Shown in pieces: positions 1 through 10,701 of a DNA stretch of 64,000 bases. Positions within the stretch are counted from its first letter, which is position 1. Each line of letters begins with the position of its first letter. The translations under genes and the position numbers were made by a program. Source of the DNA: Nitrospirota bacterium (GTDB lineage Bacteria; Nitrospirota; Thermodesulfovibrionia; Thermodesulfovibrionales; JdFR-86); NCBI GenBank assembly GCA_963721805.1, contig CAVRJY010000001.1, forward strand, positions 1,424,081 to 1,488,080, in the 5' to 3' direction. The notes beneath the pieces were generated by a model. The model was not told the DNA's origin. It did not search any database and saw nothing but the letters and a program-made list of their open reading frames with translations.

Positions 1-954
1 GCCGAGGCTGACCTCGAAGCCCCAGAAGTTGATCGCATAAGGGCCGAAGATGAAGGAATTAAGCGTTGCGACCTTCCCGGCGCCACCCGCATAGCCGGTG
101 ATGATCTTCCAGGTGGTGAAGAACATTACCACAGCGATCAAAATGGCGGTGACCTTTGCCACAGCCGCCATGGAGCGGAGCATCTCGGGTTCCATCTTCT
201 TGTGGTTGAACTTGTAGGACAGCCATGTAAAGAGGATTATCGCCGCGCCGCCGGACATCGCCGCCGAGGCGATGAAGTAGATCGGCATGTAGGGGCCGTA
301 CCAGAACTCGCGGCCGTGGAGCATCCCGAAGATCGCGCCGAGGTTCGAATGGGCCGCGACACCGGTTAAAAGGCCCGAAAACCCGGCGATGGTCGCCCAC
401 TTGTGCCAGTTCAGGAGCATGAAACCGTACTCGAAGATCATGAACATCATGTAAGCGCCGTACAGTGTGCCCATCCACCAGATGTTGGAGCGGAGGTTGG
501 GCGTGAGCATGTTGTAGAGGATCATCCTGAACGGGTTTTCGACCTCAAGCAGTATCACCGCGAAGCCGCAGACGATCGCGACGATCGAGAGGAACACGGC
601 CCGCTTGGCGATGGGCTGGAAGCTCTCGACACCGAAGACGTGGCCTATAGAGGAGACAATGCAGAGGCCGGTCGAGGTCACGACGAAGAAGATATAGGTC
701 GAGATCAGGATGCCCCACGGGATCTCGCGCGTTGTGGAGTATGCCTCGTGGTAGCCGGTCCTGATCGCGTCCAGGGCTATGAAGGCGAAGGCGTATATGC
801 CCAGCCAGAATAACACGAGGAGCGCATGATAGCCCCTCGTCCCGGTCAGCCCCATCAGGGCCTCCCTCATCCCCTCGCGCAGGTCAGAGGGGTTGGCCGT
901 CTTCAGGCCTTCCGCTATGACCGCCGCCGGGTTTATCTTGCCTTTCTCATCCAT
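1..954 (-). CDS. NrfD/PsrC-family polytopic membrane subunit of a quinone-linked oxidoreductase (partial; C-terminus beyond window edge)
   Basis: Minus-strand frame is open from ATG 952-954 (AAAGGAG RBS just upstream) to position 1. It is absent from the ORF track because there is no stop in the window. My translation MDEKGKINPAAVIAEGL...TTREIPWGILISTYIFFVVTSTGLCIVSS...WWMGTLYGAYMMFMIFEYG is multi-TM and NrfD-like. Confidence 0.6.
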   Translation of the reverse strand, partial: MDEKGKINPAAVIAEGLKTANPSDLREGMREALMGLTGTRGYHALLVLFWLGIYAFAFIALDAIRTGYHEAYSTTREIPWGILISTYIFFVVTSTGLCIVSSIGHVFGVESFQPIAKRAVFLSIVAIVCGFAVILLEVENPFRMILYNMLTPNLRSNIWWMGTLYGAYMMFMIFEYGFMLLNWHKWATIAGFSGLLTGVAAHSNLGAIFGMLHGREFWYGPYMPIYFIASAAMSGGAAIILFTWLSYKFNHKKMEPEMLRSMAAVAKVTAILIAVVMFFTTWKIITGYAGGAGKVATLNSFIFGPYAINFWGFEVSLG

Positions 955-1011
955 TTTTGCGCTGCTCCTTTCGGGATAGTGAGCTGCCTTTTCCTGTTTG
1001 GCGACGGCGCC

Positions 1012-1344
1012 CTAGCGGGTGCCGGCCTTTCCTGCCTCGGCCTCGTGCGAACCGGCCGCTGCCCTTACAGCCGCGTCTACCACGGAACCAACCGCCCAGC
1101 CGGCCATCGCGGAGCCTATCGTGAACATCAGGGCCGCGCCCAGCATCCCGCCCAGCATCGAGACCGCGAGGAATACGCTCGCGAGTATCCCTGCATGCAG
1201 CGGCCCGCCGGTTACGAGGGTTGCGATCTTAAGCCCTATGGCCCCGCCCGCGAGCGAGCCGCCCAGTATCCCTACCAGTACGAACAGCACGATCCCGATT
1301 CCCGTCCCGATGTAAGTCCCCTTCTTCGCATAGTTCGTGTTCAT
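1012..1344 (-). CDS. small glycine-rich multi-TM membrane protein, paralog of 1411..1737
   Basis: 110-aa ORF with YIGTGIGIVLFVLVG...GGMLGAALMFTIGSAMAGW. It aligns along its whole length with the neighbouring 108-aa ORF. Confidence 0.6.
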   Translation of the reverse strand: MNTNYAKKGTYIGTGIGIVLFVLVGILGGSLAGGAIGLKIATLVTGGPLHAGILASVFLAVSMLGGMLGAALMFTIGSAMAGWAVGSVVDAAVRAAAGSHEAEAGKAGTR

Positions 1345-1410
1345 CTTTCTACCCCTTTCGTACCTTCTTTAGAGATTGTTGCGGCAGTTGCCGCATATGT
1401 TTCCAGCGTA

Positions 1411-1737
1411 TTAGTGCTTGACTGCCTTCTGGTGGGCCAGATCCTTCGCACCCGCATGCCTTACGGCCTCGACCGCGTTGCCGCAGAGCCACCCTATAGC
1501 CGCGCCGCCCAGGCTGAACATCAGGCAGGCCACCATGACCCCGGAGAGCATCCCGACGCCGACCAGCAGGCGCATCCCGATAGTAGGCACTATCGGTGAG
1601 CCGACGATGGTCTTGGCGAGGCTCATCCCGAATATGCCGCCTATCAGCGCCCCGTATGTAAGGCCGAAGACCACGAAAAGCGCTATGCCAATTCCCGCTC
1701 CGATGTAAGCCATCTTCTCTGCCAGTCCGGTCTTCAT
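1411..1737 (-). CDS. small glycine-rich multi-TM membrane protein, paralog of 1012..1344
   Basis: 108-aa ORF with YIGAGIGIALFVVFG...SGVMVACLMFSLGGAAIGW. AAGGAGGA RBS and a sigma-54 type promoter lie upstream. Confidence 0.65.
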   Translation of the reverse strand: MKTGLAEKMAYIGAGIGIALFVVFGLTYGALIGGIFGMSLAKTIVGSPIVPTIGMRLLVGVGMLSGVMVACLMFSLGGAAIGWLCGNAVEAVRHAGAKDLAHQKAVKH

Positions 1738-1773
1738 TTTCTCATCCTCCTTGTTCCGTTCTTGCCAATATCA

Positions 1774-1790
1774 AAGCATCTTTCGTGCCA
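1774..1790 (-). promoter_or_regulatory. sigma-54 (-24/-12) promoter
   Basis: Minus strand reads TGGCACGaaagATGCTT with exact GG-N10-GC spacing. The predicted start is about 27 nt upstream of ATG 1737. Confidence 0.55.
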
Positions 1791-1933
1791 TGCAGACGTT
1801 TCTTTATTTATCAACAGGTTAGGCGATAGTTGGGCCAGCTTTACGTCGCATAACAGCGAATCTCATTCGCAGGATTGCAAAAAACAAGGCGAGATTAAGA
1901 CCACCGTGGCGCTTAAAGAAAGGAAGGGACAAC

Positions 1934-1971
1934 AAAAAGCCGCACCGGAGGGAAGGGCGGTGCGGCTTTCT
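1934..1971 (-). terminator. Rho-independent terminator after 1993..3072
   Basis: Perfect 12-bp stem AAAGCCGCACCG / CGGTGCGGCTTT (1936-1947 / 1958-1969) with a 10-nt loop. It runs into TTTTTGTTG on the minus strand, about 20 nt after the stop codon. Confidence 0.7.
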
Positions 1972-1992
1972 TAAAGGCGATATCCGATAAGC

Positions 1993-3072
1993 TTATGCGA
2001 AGAGGTTCACCTGCTGCACGGTGCCGGCTGTGCCGTTATCATTGAGGAACACGCCGGCGCTCACGGCCTCGCCAGCGGAATTTCCGGAGTCATCCTTATA
2101 AGTGAAGGGCGTGTCTATGCTCCCGAGGTATATCGCACCCACGCCGGTATCCCTGAGCGACTTCAGGATATCCGCACCGGCGGAGTCCTTGGACCATACC
2201 TGCAGGTCGCTGTACGCCTTGTCGTTTTCGTCTATCCAGCCGTTGCCGTCAGTGTCGAGCGCCTTGAGATCACTAAACCCGTTGCCGGAGGACGGGCCGA
2301 AGAGTTCGGAGCCGTTGTCTATCGTGCCGTTGCCATTTTTGTCGAGAGCGAGGAAGCCGCTTCCGGGCGCGACGAACGAGACCTGCTCGCCGGTGCCGTC
2401 GGAGTTCAGGTCGAACGTGAATTTGGTGTCGGTCAGCTCCGCGGCCGAGCCTGAGTAATTAATCACGAGCGGGTCGGTTTTCTTCACGGCGTCGCCGGCC
2501 CTGATGCTCACGTCAGAGGTCGAGACCTGGTCGCGGCTCATGTTGAGCGAGACCGTGAAATCGATCTCCTTGCCGTCGGCGGTCTTTACGACGCCCTGTG
2601 CACTGAAGCTCGTCTGCTCGCTCTCGGCGTCGACGGTCTGGGAGTCGTACTCGACCCCCCAGCCCTGCTGCTGAGGGGCGGCCTGGGCCTGCTGGCCGGA
2701 CTGCGAAGTGTCCTGCGGGGCGCTATCCTGCTCAGTGGCGTCAGATGCGGACATGATATGGATTTTCTTGCCGGTGAACGCCTCGATGATCGCCTTGATA
2801 AGCGCGATGCGCGGGTCTAGCTCGCTGTCATCGCCCGTCGCGGCCGGTTTCTTAGGCTTGCTCGCAGCGTCGCTTGCCTGCTTCAATGAGTTCTTGGCCG
2901 CATTTGAGATTGAGACCTGCGATCGGCTCTGAGCCAGTTGCGCCGCCGCGCCCCGGCCCTCGAAGTCCGGCCTCCGGTCGCCAACCCAGGCCTTGAGGGA
3001 AATGGTGCTCTGGTGTGTCTCGGCATACGCGTGCTCTGAAGACATGGATATAGCGGAGCTGCTGATGATCAT
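1993..3072 (-). CDS. hypothetical protein with Ser/Gln-rich N-terminal half and three DxDxDG-type calcium-binding loops
   Basis: 359-aa ORF with DLNSDGTGEQ, DKNGNGTIDNGSELFG and DTDGNGWIDENDKAY. No signal peptide is visible. GAGGAGG RBS. Confidence 0.6.
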   Translation of the reverse strand: MIISSSAISMSSEHAYAETHQSTISLKAWVGDRRPDFEGRGAAAQLAQSRSQVSISNAAKNSLKQASDAASKPKKPAATGDDSELDPRIALIKAIIEAFTGKKIHIMSASDATEQDSAPQDTSQSGQQAQAAPQQQGWGVEYDSQTVDAESEQTSFSAQGVVKTADGKEIDFTVSLNMSRDQVSTSDVSIRAGDAVKKTDPLVINYSGSAAELTDTKFTFDLNSDGTGEQVSFVAPGSGFLALDKNGNGTIDNGSELFGPSSGNGFSDLKALDTDGNGWIDENDKAYSDLQVWSKDSAGADILKSLRDTGVGAIYLGSIDTPFTYKDDSGNSAGEAVSAGVFLNDNGTAGTVQQVNLFA

Positions 3073-3126
3073 GTTACAACCTCCTCACCCTTAATGAAAA
3101 GTTTGTAATTCTCCCGCCTCGGATCT

Positions 3127-3154
3127 CTTATCGGAATGCTTGAGGGAAAACTTG
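3127..3154 (-). promoter_or_regulatory. possible sigma-28 (FliA)-type promoter
   Basis: Minus strand reads TCAAGTTT-N12-TCCGATAA, versus the remembered consensus TAAAGTTT-N11-GCCGATAA. It lies about 55 nt upstream of ATG 3072. Confidence 0.35.
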
Positions 3155-3254
3155 AATGAGGACCTATGTAAAATTTACTTTTCGAAACCGTTACGGGCGG
3201 GACAAGGGGCTGCCCCCGTAAGGAAGAGGTACCCGTGGCACCAGGCGAGGGCGG

Positions 3255-3596
3255 TTAAACAGGGCGGTTGGACGTGTCGACCTTGATGATGCGCGGGGCG
3301 AAACCGGATGCCTCTGAATCAGGCAGCAGGCACCAGGAAAACACGATCACGATATCGCCGGGCATGCCCTTGCGCGCGGTCGGGCCGTTGAGGCAGACCT
3401 CGCCGGGCTTGCCGGGGATGGCGTATGTCTCGAAGCGTTCACCGTTGTTTAGGTTGCTGACCGAGACCTGCTCGTAGGGGTGGATATCGGCCAGCTTCAT
3501 AAGTTCGACGTCGATCGTGATGCTGCCCTCGTAATAGAGGCTGGCGTCGGTGACGGTCGCGCGGTGTATCTTGGATTTGAGCATCGTGCGCATCAT
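3255..3596 (-). CDS. panD: aspartate 1-decarboxylase
   Basis: [25 protein letters not shown], including the G-S self-cleavage site. Confidence 0.95.
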   Translation of the reverse strand: MMRTMLKSKIHRATVTDASLYYEGSITIDVELMKLADIHPYEQVSVSNLNNGERFETYAIPGKPGEVCLNGPTARKGMPGDIVIVFSWCLLPDSEASGFAPRIIKVDTSNRPV

Positions 3597-3601
3597 GGGG
3601 G

Positions 3602-3889
3602 CTACTCTATGATCTTCGGCACGCGGTAGAACTTATCGGTGTGGTCGGGTGCGTTTTTGAGCGCCTCATCGACCGCAAGCGAGGGCCGCTCGGCGTCATC
3701 GCGCATGACGTCCGAGATATCGAGCACGTGCGAGGTGGGCGCGACCTTGGAGGTATCGAGTTCATCGAGCTTGCGGACGTGCTCCAGGATGTTGCTCAGC
3801 TGGGAGCCGAAGAGTTCCCTCTCCTGGTCGTCGATATCGAGGCGCGCGAGCTTTGCGATATGCGCCACCTGCCCGGCGTCAATAGCCAT
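3602..3889 (-). CDS. gatC: Asp-tRNA(Asn)/Glu-tRNA(Gln) amidotransferase subunit C
   Basis: 95 aa with [16 protein letters not shown]...[12 protein letters not shown]. Confidence 0.9.
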   Translation of the reverse strand: MAIDAGQVAHIAKLARLDIDDQERELFGSQLSNILEHVRKLDELDTSKVAPTSHVLDISDVMRDDAERPSLAVDEALKNAPDHTDKFYRVPKIIE

Positions 3890-5998
3890 CTATCGGATGC
3901 GCTCCAGGTTTGCGAACTTAAGCGCGAGGCGCTTGATCCCGATGACAGGGAAGTTGACCGTGATCTTCTGCTCCTCGCCTTCGCCATAGCAGTCGCGCAC
4001 GACCCCGACGCCCCACTTGGGGTGCTTGACGCGCGTGCCGACGGCATACGCGGCGGCGGGCTTGAAGGTCTTCAGCTTCTTGGACGAGCACGCGCTCGCC
4101 CCGGCCGGGACGGCCTTCAGCAGCTTCTCGATCGTAAGGCAGCTCTCCTCGGGTATGTGGGCGAGGAACCGCGAGGGCTCCTGCTCCTGGAGGCGCGCGT
4201 AGAGGCGGCGTTTCTTGGCACCCGTGAGCCACAGGAGGTCCTTTGCGCGGGTCATCCCGACGTACAGGAGCCTGCGCTCCTCGTCGATCTCGGCCTCGCT
4301 CTCGGCCTTGAAGTAAGGCAGCACTCCCTCCTCGACGCCCGCTATGAACACGGCCGGGAACTCGAGGCCCTTGGCGCTGTGCAGCGTCATCAGAGTCACT
4401 GCCTGCACGCTGTTGTCTTCCTCTATGGCGCTCAGCAGCGAGATCGAGTCGATGTAGTCTTTTATGTCCCTGCCCGAGGCGGCCTCGATCAGGAAGCGGA
4501 CGTTTTCGGCGCGGTCGTCCTCTGCGTAGTTTGAGTATCCGCTCTTGATGAACACGTCGCGGAGCATCTCGGCCGCGTCGGTGTATTTCTCCTTGCGCAG
4601 GGCCTCGACGAGCTTGACGAACTCCTCGAGCTTCTCCTTCGCCACCGCGGTGATCGAGCCGCTCTTTATGACCTCTTTAAGCGCGTCATAGAGGCTCGTG
4701 CCCTTCTTCTTGGCCTCCTGCTCGACCTTCGAGAGCGTCGATGCGCCGATGCCCCTCGGGGGGGTGTTGATGACGCGGCGCAGGCTGACGTTGTCGCTTG
4801 CGTTGAGGGCAAGGCGCATGTATGCGGTTATGTCCTTGATCTCCTTGCGGTGGTAGAAATTCGTGCCCCCCAGGATGCGGTAGGGTATGCGCTCGTGGCG
4901 CATGGCGTCCTCGATCGGGCGCGACTGGATGTTGATGCGGTACAGGATGGCCGCCTGCGAATAGTCGTATATGCCCTTGAGGTAAAGCTCCTTGATCATC
5001 TTTACGATATACTTGGCCTCTTCGCCCTCGGTGTCGAACCAGCAGCGGCAGATCTTCTCTCCGGCGCCGCGGTCTGACCAGAGCTTCTTGGGCTTGCGCT
5101 TCAGGTTGTTGCTGATTATATGGTCCGAGGCGTCGAGGATCGACTGCGTGGAGCGGTAGTTCTGCTCCAGCTTTATCAGTTTGGCCTTGGGGAAGTCCTT
5201 CTCGAAGTTCAGTATGTTCTGGACGTTGGCGCCCCTGAAGCCGTATATGCTCTGGTCGTCGTCGCCCACCACGCAGAGCTGGCTACCGGACTTTTCGGCC
5301 AGGAGCTTCAGCAGGCGGTACTGGGCAATATTCGTGTCCTGAAACTCATCGACCAGGACGTGCTCGAACTGGTTGCGGTATTTTTTGAGCACCTGAGGGT
5401 GCGACTCGAAGAGGTTGACCGTGACCATGATGAGGTCGTCGAAGTCCAGGGCGTTGCAGCGTTTGAGCTCGTCCTGGTACCGCACGTAGACCCGCGCGAG
5501 CTTCTCCTCGAACCCGAAGCCGTTTCCGTTCGTGAGGAATTCCTGCGGCGTTATGAACGCGGATTTAAGCGCGCTGATGCGCGAGAGGATGCCCTTGTAG
5601 AGCGCCTCGTGGATCTTGAACTCGGTCAGGATGTGGCGGATCAGGCTGCACTGGTCGTCGTCGTCGTAGATGGAGAAATCGCGCCTGTAACCCATCGTCT
5701 CGATCTCGGCCCTCAGCAGCCTCATGCACTGCGAGTGGAACGTCCCGATCCAGCTGCCCTTGAGGTCTTTTTTCAGAAGGCTCGAGATGCGCTCGCGCAT
5801 CTCACCGGCGGCCTTGTTCGTGAACGTCACGCTCAGGATCGATTTTGGCGACGATTTCCTGGCCAGGTGGGCGTAGCGGTGCGTTATGACGCGCGTCTTG
5901 CCGCTTCCGGCCCCGGCGAGTATCAACAACGGGCTTCCGTTATGAAGCACGGCCTCTTTTTGCTGCGGGTTCAGGTTTTCCGACGTTGGGTGTGCCAT
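3890..5998 (-). CDS. pcrA: UvrD/PcrA-family ATP-dependent DNA helicase
   Basis: 702 aa with LNPQQKEAV, the AGAGSGKT Walker A and VDEFQDTN. Confidence 0.9.
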   Translation of the reverse strand: MAHPTSENLNPQQKEAVLHNGSPLLILAGAGSGKTRVITHRYAHLARKSSPKSILSVTFTNKAAGEMRERISSLLKKDLKGSWIGTFHSQCMRLLRAEIETMGYRRDFSIYDDDDQCSLIRHILTEFKIHEALYKGILSRISALKSAFITPQEFLTNGNGFGFEEKLARVYVRYQDELKRCNALDFDDLIMVTVNLFESHPQVLKKYRNQFEHVLVDEFQDTNIAQYRLLKLLAEKSGSQLCVVGDDDQSIYGFRGANVQNILNFEKDFPKAKLIKLEQNYRSTQSILDASDHIISNNLKRKPKKLWSDRGAGEKICRCWFDTEGEEAKYIVKMIKELYLKGIYDYSQAAILYRINIQSRPIEDAMRHERIPYRILGGTNFYHRKEIKDITAYMRLALNASDNVSLRRVINTPPRGIGASTLSKVEQEAKKKGTSLYDALKEVIKSGSITAVAKEKLEEFVKLVEALRKEKYTDAAEMLRDVFIKSGYSNYAEDDRAENVRFLIEAASGRDIKDYIDSISLLSAIEEDNSVQAVTLMTLHSAKGLEFPAVFIAGVEEGVLPYFKAESEAEIDEERRLLYVGMTRAKDLLWLTGAKKRRLYARLQEQEPSRFLAHIPEESCLTIEKLLKAVPAGASACSSKKLKTFKPAAAYAVGTRVKHPKWGVGVVRDCYGEGEEQKITVNFPVIGIKRLALKFANLERIR

Positions 5999-6036
5999 CT
6001 ATTCGTAATTATAACACAGGCGGTGTTTTCAATGTA

Positions 6037-7869
<1,833 letters not shown>

Positions 7870-7873
7870 GGCC

Positions 7874-9268
7874 TCAGACCTTCTTCTTTTTCTTGGCCCA
7901 GCCGGGTACAATGCGCTGCCGGATGCGGCTTATCACAAGCGCCTCGGCCGGGACCTCAGAGGTGACGGTCGTTCCTGCGCCGACGTATGCTCCCCGGCCG
8001 ACCTTCACTGGCGCCACGAGCTGAGTGTCGCTGCCGATGAAGACGCCGTCGCCGATCTCGGTGCGGTGCTTGCGGGCGCCGTCGTAGTTGCAGGTGATCG
8101 TGCCGGCGCCGACGTTGACGCCCTTGCCGATAGTGGCGTCGCCCAGGTAGCTCAGGTGCATGGCCTTGGTGCCCTCGCCGATCACGGACTTCTTGACCTC
8201 GACGAAGTTGCCTATGCGCACGTCGCGCTTTAGCACCGCTCCGGGCCTGAGATGAGCATAGGGGCCGACCTGCGTCCCTGCGCCGACGCTCGCCTCCTCG
8301 ATCACCGAGCCGTCCTTGATCGTCGCGCCCTCGGCAATCGTGCTTTGGCTGATGCGCGCGTTGGGCATGATCGTGCAGCGCGGGCCGATTACAGTATTGC
8401 CCTCTATATGCACGTTTGGGTATATGACCGTATCCGGGCCGATCCTGGCCTCGGGGGATATGAATGTCGATATCGGGTCCAGGAGCGTCACGCCCGAGTC
8501 GAGCAGCCGAGCGTTCGTCCTCCACTGCATGGCCTTTGTGGCCTCGACGAGGTCGATGCGCGTGTTGATGCCCAGGAATTCGTACTCGTCCGGGGCCATG
8601 AACGCCCCGGCCTTGAGGCCATTGCCCTGCGAAAGCTCGATGATGTCGGTGAGGTATAATTCCTTCTTTTTCGGGTTAGGCTTGATGGACTTAAGAAGTG
8701 CGAGCGCCTCGGGCTCGATGGCGTAAAGCCCGCTGTTGACCTCGCGCACCGCGAGTTCGTCCTCGGTGGCGTCGGCGGCCTCGACTATGCGGATGCGGCC
8801 CCCGGGCTCGCGGATGAGCCTGCCGTATGCAGCCGGATCGGACGAGTTAAACGTCGCGACCGAGACCGCGTTGCAGGCCCTGCGATGGCGGCCGAGAAAT
8901 GCCCTGAGGGTAGGGGAGCCAATAAGCGGCGTATCACCGTTTAAGACCACGACCGTGCCCTTGAACTTCGCAATCGCCGAAAGCCCGGCCATGAGCGCGT
9001 GAGCGGTGCCGTTTTGCTCTTCCTGAAGCGCAATCCGCACCGAGGGATACCCGTCGCAGATCGATCCGGCCACCAGCTCGGCGCTGTGCGCCCCGGCCAC
9101 GACGACCGTCTCGGTAAACCCGAGCGCACGGACCGCATCGAGGATGTAATGCAGCATCGGCCGGCCGAATACCGGATGGAGCACCTTCGGGATGCGCGAG
9201 CGCATGCGCGTGCCGAGCCCTGCCGCCAGCACCACGCACGATGCCGGTTCTTTTTTACTTGCAGCCAT
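7874..9268 (-). CDS. glmU: bifunctional GlcNAc-1-P uridyltransferase / GlcN-1-P acetyltransferase
   Basis: LAAGLGTRMRS N-terminus and hexapeptide-repeat C-terminal half. Confidence 0.9.
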   Translation of the reverse strand: MAASKKEPASCVVLAAGLGTRMRSRIPKVLHPVFGRPMLHYILDAVRALGFTETVVVAGAHSAELVAGSICDGYPSVRIALQEEQNGTAHALMAGLSAIAKFKGTVVVLNGDTPLIGSPTLRAFLGRHRRACNAVSVATFNSSDPAAYGRLIREPGGRIRIVEAADATEDELAVREVNSGLYAIEPEALALLKSIKPNPKKKELYLTDIIELSQGNGLKAGAFMAPDEYEFLGINTRIDLVEATKAMQWRTNARLLDSGVTLLDPISTFISPEARIGPDTVIYPNVHIEGNTVIGPRCTIMPNARISQSTIAEGATIKDGSVIEEASVGAGTQVGPYAHLRPGAVLKRDVRIGNFVEVKKSVIGEGTKAMHLSYLGDATIGKGVNVGAGTITCNYDGARKHRTEIGDGVFIGSDTQLVAPVKVGRGAYVGAGTTVTSEVPAEALVISRIRQRIVPGWAKKKKKV

Positions 9269-10011
9269 TAAACCTCGACATCATCCGGGAAGTCGGCGTT
9301 CGTATAGACGTTTTGTACGTCGTCGTGCTCGTCGATGGCCTCGATCAGGTTAGCTAACTTCTGGCCGGTCTTGGCGTCCACGGGGATGTAGTTTTTTGGG
9401 AGCATTGTGATCTCCGCGTCCGATATCTCTATGCCCGCGGCAGCGACCGCGTCGCGCACCTTCTGCATATCGGAGGGCTCGGTGATGATCTCGAAGCTGT
9501 CCTCGTCGGGGTCGTTCTTCATATCGAGCGCCCCGGCGTCGAGCGCGACGCCCATGAGCGCGTCCTCTGTTGTCTTGGTCTTGTCCACAAGGATGTAGCC
9601 GCGGTTTTCGAATATCCAGGCCACGCTGCCGGCCTCGCCCATGTTGCCGCCGTGCTTGGAGATTATGCTGCGGAGGTCCGAGACCGAGCGGTTCTTGTTG
9701 TCCGAGAGGACGTCGATCAGCACCGCGACGCCGCCGGGCCCGTAGCCCTCGTATCTCATCTCTTCGTATATGACGCCGGGAAGCTCTCCTGTGCCCTTCA
9801 TGACCGCACGCTTGATGTTATCCTGCGGCATGTTGACTTCCTTGGCCTTGTCTATCGCGAGCCTCAGGCGCGGGTTGCCGTCGGGGTCTCCGCCGCCCAT
9901 CCTCGCGGCCACCGCGATCTCCTTGACGAGTTTTGTGAAGGCCTTGCCCTTCTTGGCGTCGGTGTTGGCCTTCTTATGTTTAATCTGCGACCATTTTGAA
10001 TGCCCTGACAT
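9268..10011 (-). CDS. YebC/PmpR-family DNA-binding regulator
   Basis: [28 protein letters not shown]. Confidence 0.9.
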   Translation of the reverse strand: MSGHSKWSQIKHKKANTDAKKGKAFTKLVKEIAVAARMGGGDPDGNPRLRLAIDKAKEVNMPQDNIKRAVMKGTGELPGVIYEEMRYEGYGPGGVAVLIDVLSDNKNRSVSDLRSIISKHGGNMGEAGSVAWIFENRGYILVDKTKTTEDALMGVALDAGALDMKNDPDEDSFEIITEPSDMQKVRDAVAAAGIEISDAEITMLPKNYIPVDAKTGQKLANLIEAIDEHDDVQNVYTNADFPDDVEV

Positions 10012-10701
10012 CTATTTTTTGTCCCCTTCCATAGCCTTTTCCGCCTTCTCCAGATCTACGAGCCGCTTGCTGGCAAATTTAGCCTCCGCAGAGTCCGGAA
10101 ACAGGTTTATCACCGTCTGATAACCCTTGCGCGCCTCATCGAATTCTTTTTTGCCGAACTTGGCTTCGCTGTAATAGTACATGAAATAAGCAGGCTCGGC
10201 GTTGCCGGTCTCGACGTATTTCTTGATATACGGCTGGAGGAACCTGATGAGGCGGTCCCACTGTTTGTATTGATCGTACGACCGCACCATGAAATCGTTA
10301 ATCGTAACCATCATGCGGGGCTTGGGATAGTTCTTCGAGTATTCGGCGTAGTACCGCTCCGCGTCGTCAAAGTCCGGCGGCCAGGGGTCTCGGATGCTGC
10401 TCTTTATCAGCCTGTAATAGCTCTCCTCGGCATAATACGAATCCGGGTAGTCCTTTATGATCCGTTTATACTTTTCGTTAAGCTGGGCGGCGACCTCATG
10501 CGCCGGAACATTGGTGATCATGTCCAGGATCGCAGTGTAACTTTCAAGCGAGCGCTTGTCCTGCTCCTGGATCGGCATCGGGGACAGCTGCCCGGACGCA
10601 GGCGCCTGCTTGGGCGGCGCGGGCGCGGTTGCGCATGACGCGAGCACCGACAAACCCAGCACTGCCAGCGCAAGCCTCTTTAAGCTGAGAGCGATATCCA
10701 T
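10012..10701 (-). CDS. TPR-like lipoprotein
   Basis: Start taken at MDIALSLKRLALAVLGLSVLASC (lipobox LASC). Its ATG overlaps the stop of the upstream gene (TAATG). The longer ORF-track N-terminus is Arg/Pro-rich shadow sequence. Confidence 0.6.
   Translation of the reverse strand: MDIALSLKRLALAVLGLSVLASCATAPAPPKQAPASGQLSPMPIQEQDKRSLESYTAILDMITNVPAHEVAAQLNEKYKRIIKDYPDSYYAEESYYRLIKSSIRDPWPPDFDDAERYYAEYSKNYPKPRMMVTINDFMVRSYDQYKQWDRLIRFLQPYIKKYVETGNAEPAYFMYYYSEAKFGKKEFDEARKGYQTVINLFPDSAEAKFASKRLVDLEKAEKAMEGDKK

Noticed and set aside
1381-1394. GCGGCAGTTGCCGC hairpin between the two glycine-rich genes, as a possible terminator.
   Set aside because: It has only a 5-6-bp stem with a minimal loop and no T-run on the coding (minus) strand.
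3190-3225. Possible terminator hairpin (TTACGGG...CCCGTAA with inner GGGGCAGCCCC) downstream of panD.
   Set aside because: The outer stem has a long loop, and the T-tract that follows is poor (TTTCGAAAAG). This is not convincing enough to call.
7870-7911. N-terminal extension of glmS (MYPAGPRKRRRSEAL) in the ORF track.
   Set aside because: GlmS needs Cys as the first residue after Met. An in-frame TTG directly precedes CGIIGY, and the extension would overlap the glmU 3-prime end.
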